From positions 1 to 34,764 of the forward strand of contig NW_021829888.1 in NCBI RefSeq assembly GCF_006345805.1: a stretch of 34,764 bases of DNA, read 5' to 3'. The position numbers and the translations under genes are program-made. Positions 10,079-20,845 of the stretch are shown piece by piece (position 1 is the stretch's first letter; each line of letters opens with the position of its first letter). The notes beneath the pieces were generated by a model that ran no database searches, was not told the origin of the DNA, and was given only the letters and a program-made list of their open reading frames with translations. Origin of the DNA: Octopus sinensis. Its lineage: Eukaryota.

Positions 10079-12924
10079 TTAAAGATCACAATCTCTCCGC
10101 TCCATGTTGTAGTCTACCATCCAACCGGGAGAACGCCTTGCTCGTCGAGATCTTCTCAAGCTGGGCTCCTCACTCTCCCCCTCTCCCGAATCATCGTCCG
10201 TCGAAGCAACAATCCTGCGAAGGTCCAAGACATGTCGTGGTGTGCCATCTACGGATACGTTGCTTCTGGAATTGATCGCCGTCACCGTTCCTCTGCTCCA
10301 TTGAGACGTACAGCGCGCCTTTGGTGGCTTGATCCAGACTTCCTCCCCTATTTTCACGCGAACGGGTCCCTTCTCTTCCTCGTGACCCTCCGGCGCTTTG
10401 CTCGGGTGCCTCCATTCATATTTGAACACAGCTCTCTGCGGCACAGATTCCTCAGCCTGTCCGGATCGGGGAGACAAGTTGTACCAAAAAACTGCTTCAA
10501 GCGGCGAAATGTGCCCTCTTTCCGCTATGGCCTTGACTGTCCGATGGTGCCTCTCCACGATCCCGTTACCGCCCGGCCTATACGCTGCTCTGAACAAGCG
10601 TCGCACGTTCCACCGATCAAGCATAAACTCAATGCTTCCGAACGAAACGCCGCCCCGTTGTCCATCAGTAGTCTTCCACGGGACCTCTCTCTAAAAATAT
10701 CCCGTTCAGGATCTGCACGATCTCGTCAGCAATGCCCGATCTCAACTCCCTCCAAATGGCCAGCCGGCCCGGCCCACAGTCGACCATGGAGAGGTACATT
10801 CGCTGACGGTAGTGTGTCACATCCACAGCTAGCCTTTTCCAGTTCTGCTCCACGGAAAGGCTTCCCTGTTCATGCCCACACGGAGCAGGGTCGATGGACT
10901 GACACCTGTCGCAGCTCCCGACCACCTTCCGGACGCTTCTCCTGGTCACGTCAGCATCAATCTTTTTTGCCAGATACAGGGTCCTGTCCACACCCAGGTG
11001 TTGCATAGCGTGCAGTTTCTTCAGTTCAGAGTCATCCAACCGACACGCCGCAGCTATCCCTTTCCGGGCCTCCTCCGGTTCTTCCAACCACGCCCTTTTC
11101 ACCCTGGTCAGTACGTCCTCCTTGTTTTTCTCCGAAGGCACGAAGACCACGTTCAGCTTCAGTCCGAATTCGGCGATCAATTCACCTAGAACTCCTAGAC
11201 GGCGCTTCACTAACATCTCCGCAGCACCTTTCGTCCGCACTCTCCTGTCACCGGTGATCACCGATCCTACCCAGCCAAGCACAGTGGCCGAATCCGTCCG
11301 CATTTCAATCGTGCGCAGACCCCATTTCAAGGCCAAGTTCACCCCTTTCAGCAGCGCGTCTAATTCGGCGACATTGATGTGGTTGAAATCATCTGCTTTC
11401 CGAAGCCAGGCCGCGTCCTCCACCGCAGTGCCTTCGATTGCCAACACCACCCCTATCGCTATACTGCTAGCATCACACCAGACGGTCCCGCATTTCGTCT
11501 TGGGCACGTACTAGTTCCCCCTAACCGGGTCTTCCGCTCTTGTCCTCTCTAGGATCTCCTGCATCATCGCCACCGTCCCTTCTCCCACCTTGTCGCCCCA
11601 CCTCTCTCCTTCTGCTCGTCTCTTGGTGTAACTACACGCCGTGCGCAGCCATCCAGCGATCGGGTAGTGACCGACCAACTTCCCACACACCGAGAACAGC
11701 TCTCTCCTGCTGACGCTGGAACTCAGCTCTGGGATTTCATTTCCTCTCCGGAACACCAATTCACCTGATCTATCTCTTCGCAGCTTCAGCCCCAGCGCGG
11801 CTCCCCCTTCAATCGACTCCGGTGGATTAGCAACCAGTCCGAACTTCTCCAGATGTCTCACTACCTCGTCGGCTGGCACTACAGTTTCGTCCACCAAAAT
11901 GTCGTCAATGTACGAGCTGGTGGCCTTCCTAATCTTGCCGTCTTTCCCTAGGACGGACCTAAGCACTGCCGCCATGATCTTCGGAGCGGAATTCAGCCCG
12001 AAACCCAGCCTGGTTAGACAGTACGTCCGGCCCTTGTACCGCACCAGCTGATATTGCCATAGTTTGTCGCTCACATGGAGCTGCAAGTATGCCGATCTCA
12101 AGTCGACAATCGTCGCTGCCTCAGTCGACTGTCTCCACTTACGTAATGCCTCACCACAAACGTCTGTCGCCTCACCTCCCGTGTGACACGATATGTGCTG
12201 GTTTAGCTCCCTGAAGTCCAGCACCGGTCTGACTTTTCCCTTCGTAGGCTGCACCACCGCCATCAGGGGTAGCACTCCGCCCGCTACCTCCTCCTTCCAA
12301 GGGACAAGGACCCCTTCCTCGATCCACCTCTCCACCTCGTCTTCAAACCCAACCCTGGCGTGGCCTTTCAGGGTATGCTGGTAACAGCTCACCCTGTTCT
12401 CCAGTGTCGGGGGCTCGTCCTTCCATTTCCACTCTATCGTCCACCGCTGACCATCGAACGCCGTCTGGAAGTCTTTGTCCTCGATGGTGTAAGCGGCGCA
12501 GTCCCTCGTGGGGCTCTGCTCCCTCTGGCGATCCTGACTCGCAGTGCACGACGCCCCCACGCTTCCGAACGTGACCTCATTTCCCACAACACTGACGCCA
12601 CCGAGGCAGTTGATGGCGTCCATCCCCATCACCACATCAACTCCATTTATCACGCGTTCGGCCCGCGCCGCGCACCACTATCTCTACCTTGCTGCTGCCT
12701 CTGCAACGGATTTCGCTGCCGTCGACCGCCCGGACACTACACACCCCGTTCCATTCCTTCGTCACCCTCGAAGTCACCAGGGTGGTCGTACAGCCCGTAT
12801 CCACAAGGGCCTTGAACGTCTCCCCCTCAGCCTCCACGTCAATCAATGGCAGCGTCTCCAATAGCGCCTCTACTCGTTTGAGGGGAAAGTTCGAGAGGCA
12901 GCAACTTCCCCGCGGTCGTTTCCC
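10079..12924 (-). pseudogene. pol: family-A pol (protease LVDTGC, RT YIDD, RNase H, HHCC/DDE integrase), disrupted
   Basis: ORF pieces 12637-12933, 11511-12653, 10665-11507, 10079-10624; frameshift near 12650, in-frame TAG at 11511-11513 (W in family B), frameshifts near 10640-10670. Confidence 0.93.
12866..12924 (-). promoter_or_regulatory. -1 ribosomal frameshift signal (G GGA AAC plus H-type pseudoknot), family A
   Basis: Heptamer in gag frame at 12918-12924, 6-nt spacer, stem1 GGGGAAGTT/AACTTTCCC, loop GCCTCT pairing with downstream AGAGGC; pol is in the -1 frame. Confidence 0.8.
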
Positions 12925-13634
12925 TGGCCGCAATCACGGGCAATGTGCCCTGTCTGCCTGCATCGATAGCAAACGGGCCCCGGCTGCGTACAGTCCCGCG
13001 CCATGTGCGGTCCCTGGCATCTAAAACACCGTCCTGAGAACGGCCGCTCTCGTTGCACGGTGGGCTTCTGTACCTCTTTCTCGGGACGTCGTCCGTCTTT
13101 ACGCGCCTCCGTCACCGCCATCGCTATCGCCTTCCGCCCAGAGTGTCTCGTCAACGCGCGAGCATGAGTTACAAGTTCGCTCAATGGCATCTTTTTGACC
13201 CCGGGCAGTCGTTGTAGGTGAATCCCTACATCGTCGGGGAACCCATTCACGAACGCCAGTCGGGCTGCTCTCTCCAGTTCTTCTCCGGCAAACCCGGCCA
13301 GAGTCGCTAGCCTTCTAGCTTCCGATGCAAAATCATCCACCTGGCCTCCCGTCCACCTGATTGCACCTAGCTTAGCGAAAGCTGTGTACTCGCATTCCGT
13401 GTATGCGTCACACAAGCGCCGCTCTATATTCTCATCGCAGAGCCGTTCTTCGACATCCATCTCTAGGTAAAGCGACAACGCACTCCCTTCCAAATACAGC
13501 GCCATAAGACTCGCCATGTCGCTTATGCCCTGCAGTCTCGCCACCAGCCTGATTTTCTGAATTCAGGCCACTACATCGCCTTCGCCGTTAAAAGGTCTGA
13601 CGACGTCACTGGCTATCCTAGTTTTTGCAGACAT
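12870..13634 (-). pseudogene. gag: family-A gag with two zinc knuckles, one premature stop
   Basis: ATG at 13632-13634 (MSAKTRIASDVVRPFNGEGDVVA*IQKIRLVARL), TGA at 13563-13565 where family B has Trp; CFRCQGPHMARDC and CYRCRQTGHIARDC. Confidence 0.9.
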
Positions 13635-13667
13635 CGTGTTGAAAAAAAATGTGAATGTTTACGAACT

Positions 13668-13679
13668 GCCGAAATAGCT
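13668..13679 (-). promoter_or_regulatory. putative non-canonical primer-binding site complementary to tRNA-Phe nt 1-12 (family A)
   Basis: AGCTATTTCGGC directly after the 5' LTR end ACTACA; plus strand reads GCCGAAATAGCT, the 5' end of metazoan tRNA-Phe(GAA) as recalled from human/Drosophila. Confidence 0.75.
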
Positions 13680-13974
13680 TGTAGTGAGTGTGTGCGATTT
13701 GAATATAGAGGCACCTACCTTCTCTTCGTGGTGACGGAGATCCTCCCGAGATGGCTGGTCCTTCCTCACAGCCCCTACCCGAACATTAACGATAGCAGCT
13801 GCTAGCCCCAAACCTTTTAGCGACTTCCTCGCACGTCTTGTCACCAGCACAACCCACGTTGGAAAGGTCAACTTCCGCCCCCTGCGCGCGCTTGACAGCT
13901 GACCCCTTCCGCTTGCCCCAGCTTCCGGTCAACGCACCCGCTGGCTGACGTCCTGCTGCTGACGTCATCCCACA
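13680..13974 (-). repeat. family-A 5' LTR (295 bp)
   Basis: Direct-repeat partner of 9770-10065; TG...CA ends. Confidence 0.95.
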
Positions 13975-13978
13975 GGAG

Positions 13979-14385
13979 AGTCGCTAGAACGGACGATTAG
14001 GTTAGCGTTCGTGACCGGCATTCCCGACATCATGTCGGTCAAGCTACAGAAGCTCCCGAAAGTGCGTTCGATGCCGATGGCCGATATCATGTCGCGGGCA
14101 CGTGTACTGGTTTCGTGCAGCAGATTGACGTCGGTAGCAGCGACTGTAACGTCGAAAAGTGGCCCAGCTAGGAGCAGCGGAGAGGGGCTGAGGAAAGAAC
14201 GTGTGCGACTGTTCATACGACAGTGTTTCCGGTGCCAAGGTCCACACATGGTCCGTGACTGCGCGTCGCCCAAGCCTGAGGTGATTTGCTACCGGTGTCG
14301 AGAGCCAGGGCATGTAGCCAGCGAGTGTCTGCAGGGAAACGGCCCGCGGGAGACTACTGCGCCGGTAGTCGTCCCTTTGGATTAG
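13979..14385 (+). pseudogene. gag: B1 gag, 3' half
   Basis: Near-identical to B2 gag (22330-22866); two zinc knuckles; ends VVPLD*. Confidence 0.9.
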
Positions 14386-14394
14386 TAGCGGCGC
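14334..14394 (+). promoter_or_regulatory. -1 frameshift signal of B1
   Basis: G GGA AAC, 7-nt spacer, stem1 GGGAGACTAC/GTAGTCGTCCC, loop GCGCCG pairing with CGGCGC at 14389-14394. Confidence 0.8.
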
Positions 14395-14498
14395 GTTTAT
14401 CATCGCTACCTGTGGTCGACATTCTGGTGAAGGGGAAGATGTCGCGAGCCCTGGTGGACACGGGCTGTACAACGACCCTGATGACTACGGAAGTGGCA

Positions 14499-15498
14499 TC
14501 CACCAGAATGTCGTCGATGTATGAATTGGTGGCCCTTTTACTCTGTCCACCTTCCCCAGGATGGCCTTGAGAATTGTTGCCATAATCTTCGTCGCTGAAT
14601 TCAGCCCGAATCCCAACCTGGTCAGACAGTACGTCCGGCCCCTATACCTGACGAGCTGGTACTTCCATAATTTCTCAACCACATGCACCTGAAGGTATGC
14701 CGACTTTAAATCGACAATCGTGGAGGCCCCCGTCGTCTGCCTCCACTCTCGCAAGGTGTCTCCGCAGACATCCGTGGCCTCGCCGCCTGTATGACACGAC
14801 ACGTGGTCATTCAGCTCTCGGAAGTCAAGCACTGGCCTGACCTTATGCTTTGTGGGCTGTATCACCGCCATCAGTGGCAGGACTCCGCTCTCTTCTTTTT
14901 CCCAAGGGATCAGTATGCCCTCCTTAATCCACCGCTCCACTTCCCCCTCGAACTCACTTCTGGCATCTCCTTTTAGAGTATGCTGATAGCAGCCCACTTT
15001 ATTCTTTAACATCGGGGGCTCTCCCTTCCAGTGCCACTCCACTGTCCACCTCTTGCCATCAAAGACAGCCCGAAAATCCTGGTCTTCAATGGTGTGCGCC
15101 GCATCCTTTTCCTCACGGTTGTCGTCGGTGCACGGTCTCGCCCTACACGGTTTCCCCGCTAACCCAAACGTTACGCCAGCCTCGTTGACGATGACACCTC
15201 CCAAGCGGGTGATTGCATCCATCCCCATTACCACGTCGATCTCGTCCACCAAGTGACCAACAACAATTGCTCGCAACGTCAGCTGTAGTCCCTGCACCAC
15301 AATCTGCGCATCCGTAACCCCTTCGCAGTGCACTTCTCTTCCGTCGACTGCCCTAACACTGCTTCCTCCACTCAACGTGCACTTCGCAGGGCACTTTTCT
15401 TCCGTCGACTGCCCTAACACTGCTTCCTCCACTCCACGTGCACTTCGCAGTGCACTTCTCTTCCGTCGACTGCCCTAACACTGCTTCCTCCACTCCAC
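14499..15498 (-). pseudogene. pol: inverted PR-RT segment of family-B pol (left arm of a fold-back)
   Basis: ORF 14485-15432 on minus; includes three 61-bp tandem units (15321, 15382, 15443); fold-back centre CCTCCACTCC-ACGT-GGAGTGGAGG at 15497-15500. Confidence 0.9.
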
Positions 15499-17520
15499 GT
15501 GGAGTGGAGGAAGCAGTGTTAGGGCAGTCGACGGAAGAGAAGTGCACTGCGAAGGGGTTACGGATGCGCAGATTGTGGTGCAGGGACTACAGCTGACGTT
15601 GCGAGCGATTGTGGTTGGTCACTTGGTGGACGAGATCGACGTGGTAATGGGGATGGATGCAATCACCCGTTTGGGAGGTGTCACCGTCAACAAGGCTGGC
15701 GTAACGTTTGGGTTAGCGGGGAAGCCGTGTAGGGCGAGACCACGCACCGACGACAACCGTGAGGAAAAGGATGCGGCGCACACCATTGAAGACCAGGATT
15801 TTCGGGCTGTCTTTGATGGCGAGAGGTGGACAGTGGAGTGGCACTGGAAGGGAGAGCCCCCCGATGTTAAAGAATAAAGTGGGCTGCTATCAGCATACTC
15901 TAAAAGGAGATGCCAGAATGAGTTCGAGGGGGAAGTGGACCGGTGAATTAAGGAGGGCATACTGATCCCCTGGGAAAAAGAAGAGAGCGGAGTCCTGCAA
16001 CTGATGGCGGTGATACAGCCCACAAAGCGTAAGGTCAGGCCAGTGCTCGACTTCCGAGAGCTGAATGACCACGTGTCGTGTCATACAGGCGGCGAGGCCA
16101 CGTATGTCTGCGGAGACACCTTGCGAGAGTGGAGGCAGACGACGGGGGCCTCCACGATTGTCGATTTGAAGTCGGCATACCTTCAGGTGCATGTGGCTCA
16201 GAAACTATGGAAGTACCAGCTCGTCAGGTATAGGGGCCGGACGTACTGTCTGACCAGGTTGGGATTCGGGCTAAATTCAGCGCCGAAGATTATGGCAACA
16301 ATTCTCAAGGCCATCCTGGGGACGGTGGACAGAGTAAAAAGGGCCACCAATTCATACATCGACGACATTCTGGTGGATGAAACCGTGATACCAGCAACGG
16401 AGGTCATAGGCCACCTGAAGAGTTTTGGACTGATCGCCAAGCCGCCAGAGGCTATGGAGGGAGGTGCTGCACTGGGCCTCAAGCTATGGAGAGACATGGC
16501 CGGCGCCTTGGTGTTCCGGCGAGGGAATGAGGTCCCTGAACTGGGCGCCAGCATGAGTAGACGGGAACTGTTCTCTGTGTGTGGGAAGCTGGTGGGACAC
16601 TACCCGATTGCAGGCTGGCTCCGGACAGCATGTAGCTTCATCAAGAGACGAGCCGAAGGAGTGAAGTGGAATGATAAAGTGGGGGAGAGGACAATCGACA
16701 TGATGCAGGAAGTCTTGGTCAGAGTAGGAGCAGAGGACCCGGTGAGGGGCAGCTGGTATGTTCCCAAATCAAAGAGCGGGATCGTATGGTGTGACGCCAG
16801 TAGCATCGCAATAGGGGTCGTCTTGGAAGTGGGAGGTGTCACGGTGGAAGATGCGGCCTGGCTCAGGAAGATGGATGACTGCAATCACATCAACGTGGCG
16901 GAGTTGGATGCCGTGCTGAAGGGGGTGAACCTAGCCTTGAAGTGGGGGTTGCACACCATAGAAATCAGGACTGATTCGGCCACTGTACTTGGTTGGGCGA
17001 CAGCAGTCATCACCGATGAGAGGAGGGTGCGGACCAAAGGGGCTGCAGAGATCCTGGTAAAGCGTCGATTAGGAATACTGCGTTAACTAACCACTGAGTT
17101 CAATCTGAAGCTGAGCGTGATCTTTGTGCCTTCCGAGAAGAACAGGGCAGACGTCCTGACCAGGGTAAAGCGAGCCTGGTTGCAGGTGCCAGAGGATGCG
17201 AAGCAGGATGTAGCTACAGTTTGCCGTCTGAGCGACTCGGAGTTACGGAGACTGCACACCATACATCACATGGGTGTGGACAGGACATTGTTCCTGGCTA
17301 GAAAAGTTGACTCCGATGTAACAAGACAGAGTATGCAGAGAGTGGTTAGCAGTTGTGACAGGTGCCAGTCCATCGACCCTCCTCCGGTCGTGCATGAAGC
17401 GTGAAGTATTCCAGTGGACCAGGACTGGAGACGACTGGCGGTGGACATAACACACTACCGACAGGGGACATACCTTTCAATGGTTGACTGCGGACCGGGG
17501 AGGTTCGCCATATGGAGGGA
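15499..17520 (+). pseudogene. pol: B1 pol copy 1 (PR, RT, RNase H, N-terminal integrase), disrupted
   Basis: ORF pieces 15542-15877, 16004-17086, 17117-17404; breaks at ~17520 and jumps back to the protease start. Confidence 0.9.
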
Positions 17521-20500
17521 CACGGTGGACACGGGCTGTACAACGACCCTGATGACAACGGAAGTGGCATCCACCAGAATGTCGTCGATGTATGAATTGG
17601 TGGCCCTTTTTACTCTGTCCACCTTCCCCAGGATGGACTTGAGTATTGTTGCCATAATCTTCGGCGCGGAATTTAGCCCGAATCCCAACCTGGTCAGACA
17701 GTACGTCCGGCCCCTAAACCTGACGAGCTGGTACTTCCATAATTTCTCAGCCACATGCATGATGAGGAAGCAGTGTTAGGGCAGTCGACAGAAGAGAAGT
17801 GCACTGCGAAGTGCACGTGGAGTGAAGGAAGCAGTGTTAGGGCAGTCGACGGAAGAGAAGTGCACTGCGAAGGGGTTACGGATGCGCAGATTGTGGTGCA
17901 GGGACTACAGCTGATGTTGCGAGCAATTGTGGTTGGTTACTTGGTGGACGAGATCGACGTGGTGATGGGGATGGATGCAATCACCCGCTTGGGAGGTGTC
18001 ACCGTCAATGAGACTGGCGTAACGTTTGGGTTAGCGGGGAAACCGTGTAGGGCGAGACCACGCACCGACGACAACCGTGAGGAAAAGGATGCGGCGCACA
18101 CCATTGAAGACCAGGATTTTCGGGTTGTCTTTGATGGCAAGAGGTGGACAGTGGAGTGGCACTGGAAGGGAGAGCCCCCGATGTTAAAGAATAAAGTGGG
18201 CTGCTAGCAGCATACTCTAAAAGGAGATGCCAGAAGTGAGTTCGAGGGGGAAGTGGAGCGGTGGATTAAGGAGGGCATACTGATCCCTTGGGAAAAAGAA
18301 GAGAGCGGAGTCCTGCCACTGATGGCGGTGATACAGCCCACAAAGCATAAGGTCAGGCCAGTGCTTGACTTCCGAGAGCTGAATGACCACGTGTCGTGTC
18401 ATACAGGCGGCGAGGCCACGGATGTCTGTGGAGACACCTTGCGAGAGTGGAGGCAGACGACGGGGGCCTCCACGATTGTCGATTTGAAGTCGGCATACCT
18501 ACAGGTGCATGTGGCTGAGAAATTATGGAAGTACCAGCTCGTCAGGTTTAGGGGCCGGACGTACTGTTTGACCAGGTTGGGATTCGGGCTGAATTCAGCT
18601 CCGAAGATTATGGCAACAATTCTCAAGGCCATCCTGGGGACGGTGGACAGAGTAAAAAGGGCCACCAATTCATACATGACGACATTCTGCTGGATGAAAC
18701 CGTGATACCAGCAACGGAGGTCATAGGCCACCTGAAGAGTTTTGGACTGATCGCCAAGCCGCCAGAGGCTATGGAGGGAGGTGCTGCACTGGGCCTCAAG
18801 CTATGGAGAGACAAGGCCGGCGCCTTGGTGCTCCGGCGAGGGAATGAGGTCCCTGAACTGGGCGCCAGCATGAGTAGACGGGAACTGTTCTCTGTGTGTG
18901 GGAAGCTGGTGGGACACTACCCGATTGCAGGCTGGCTCCGGACAGCATGTAGCTTCATCAAGAGACGAGCCGAAGGAGTGAAGTGGAATGATAAAGTGGG
19001 GGAGAGGACAATCGACATGATGCAGGAATTCTTGGTCAGAGTAGGAGCAGAGGACCCGGTGAGGGGCAGCTGGTATGTTCCCAAATCAAAGAGCGGGATC
19101 GTATGGTGTGACGCCAGTAGCATCGCAATAGGGGTCGTCTTGGAAGTGAGAGGTGTCACGGTGGAAGATGCGGCCTGGCTCAGGAAGATGGATGACTGCA
19201 ATCACATCAACGTGGCGGAGTTGGATGCCGTGCTGAAGGGGGTGAACCTAGCCTTGAAGTGGGGGTTGCACACCATAGAATCAGGACTGATTCAGCCACT
19301 GTACTTGGTTGGGCGACAGCAGTCATCACCGATGAGAGGAGGGTGCGGACCAAAGGGGCTGCAGAGATGCTGGTAAAGCGTCGATTAGGAATACTGCGTG
19401 AACTAACCACTGAGTTCAATCTGAAGCTGAGCGTGATCTTTGTGCCTTCCGAGAAGAACAGGGCAGACGTCCTGACCAGGGTAAAGCGAGCCTGGTTGCA
19501 GGTGCCAGAGGATGCGAAGCAGGATGTAGCTGCAATATACCGTCTGAGCGACTCGGAGTTAAGGAGACTGCACACCATGCATCACATGGGTGTGGACAGG
19601 ACATTGTTCCTGGCCAGAAAAGTTGACTCCGATGTAACAAGACAGAGTGTGCAGAGAGTGGTTAGCAGTTGTGACAGGTGCCAGTCCATCGACCCTGCTC
19701 CGGTCGTGCATGAAGCGGGAAGAATTCCAGTGGACCAGGACTGGAGACGACTGGCGGTGGACATAACACACTACCGGCAGGGGACATACCTCTCAATGGT
19801 TGACTGCGGACTGGGGCGGATGAAGGGAGATGAAGTCGGGAACCGCAGAAGAAATTGTGAAAGTGTTGAATGAGATATTCCTGGAACGAGGCCCCGTGGA
19901 TGAACTGCTTCTGGACAACGGCACTGCATTTCGCTCGGATGTGCTGAGAGAAATGCTTGATGAGTGCAAGGTCAACCGCTTCTTCAGGGCGGCATACCGG
20001 CCAAGTGGAAACGGGGTGGTGGAAAGGCATCATCGTACCATCAAGGCCATGGCAGAGAGGGGTCACATTTCACCAGTCGAGGCCGTGTTTTGGTACAATA
20101 TGTCGCCCAGATCAGGACAGGCTGAGGAGTCGGTGCCACACAGGGCAATATTCAGGTACGAGTGGAGGCATCCGTGTACTACATCAATGCGACCCGGGGT
20201 AGAGGAAGAGCACGCCTTCGTGCAGGTCGGGGAGGAAGTCTGGGTAAAAACCCCGAACGCACGGTGTACATCGCAATGGGGAAAGGGGACAATAACCTCC
20301 GTAAATTCAAAGAATAACATCTCGGTCGATGGTATGCCACGCCACGTTTTGGACATATGGAGGATTGTCCATGCCCCAGAGGATGGGGCCAGCAGCAGTG
20401 GGCAAGACGAAAATAACAGACAGGATGACGAGGTCGGCAGCAACACGCAGGAACAAGTCCTAGGGTCGCACTGCGACCACAGAGGGAGCGGCACCCTCCT

Positions 20501-20570
20501 CCCTGGTTGGCTGATTATGAAACCAGTTTCAGGTGCGGGAGTGAGTGAGGAAGCCGGTTCAGTGATCTGT
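17521..20570 (+). pseudogene. pol: B1 pol copy 2 (repeat of the inversion junction, short inverted RT piece 17570-17760, then PR to IN), disrupted
   Basis: Junction GAAGTGGCA|TCCACCAGAATG recurs at 17569/17570 (first at 14498/14499); ORF pieces 17755-18207, 18253-18705, 18702-19376, 19259-19873, 19830-20705. Confidence 0.9.
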
Positions 20571-20584
20571 AGATCAGGGGGGCG

Positions 20585-20845
20585 TGTGGTGTGTGGTGAA
20601 GGAGTGTGGCGGATGGGGGAGAGCGGAAGTGGGGCTTGCAGGGTTTGCAGGGCGCATGCGCCGGAGGAAGCGGAAGTGACAGGCAGAACGCACGTGCAGC
20701 ATTGAGGAGTTGCGGAAGACAGGACGAAGGGACCAGACGAGCGAGTTGGCTAAAAGCGATCCAAGTTCATCTCCGACGAGGTAAGACCCAATTACATTTC
20801 CATTCTCCCTTTTTCTGTTGTACTCTTTTCACCGTTCACACTACA
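20585..20845 (+). repeat. B1 3' LTR (261 bp)
   Basis: TGTGGT...ACTACA; homologous to 21799-22057 and 25633-25906. Confidence 0.93.

Larger units (their letters stand above)
9770..13974 (-). mobile_element. family-A Ty3/gypsy-like LTR retrotransposon, structurally complete (4205 bp), coding-defective
   Basis: Two LTRs, gag, PR-RT-RNaseH-IN order, PPT, TSD GGAG (9766-9769 / 13975-13978); removing it restores the family-B gag sequence GAGGGAGAGTCGCT seen in the B2 copy. Confidence 0.95.
9631..20845 (+). mobile_element. family-B Ty3/gypsy-like LTR retrotransposon copy B1, rearranged, with nested family-A element
   Basis: Begins TGTGGTGTGTGGTGAAGG (LTR start), deleted from ~9684 into mid-gag; 3' LTR 20585-20845 ends ACTACA; PPT AGATCAGGGGGGCG 20571-20584; CACAC on both flanks (9626-9630, 20846-20850; ambiguous within a CA run). 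Confidence 0.9.

Noticed and set aside
10232-11008. Antisense ORFs over pol (e.g. 258 aa here, and several in B1 and B2)
   Set aside because: Typical shadow ORFs of GC-rich coding sequence; no motifs and no counterpart conserved between families A and B.
13680-13974. Tf1-type self-priming as the explanation for the PBS
   Set aside because: Neither LTR A nor LTR B contains the complement GCCGAAATAGCT.
14416-14430. GACATTCTGGTG shared between the protease start and the RT active site as cause of the inversion
   Set aside because: The actual junction is ~70 bp away (14498/14499) with only ~2 bp of microhomology.
19830-20705. Integrase ORF extending into the LTR as a possible extra or env-like domain
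   Set aside because: The extension is read-through in a shifted frame across the PPT and LTR; no signal peptide or transmembrane segment, and family A stops at the PPT.
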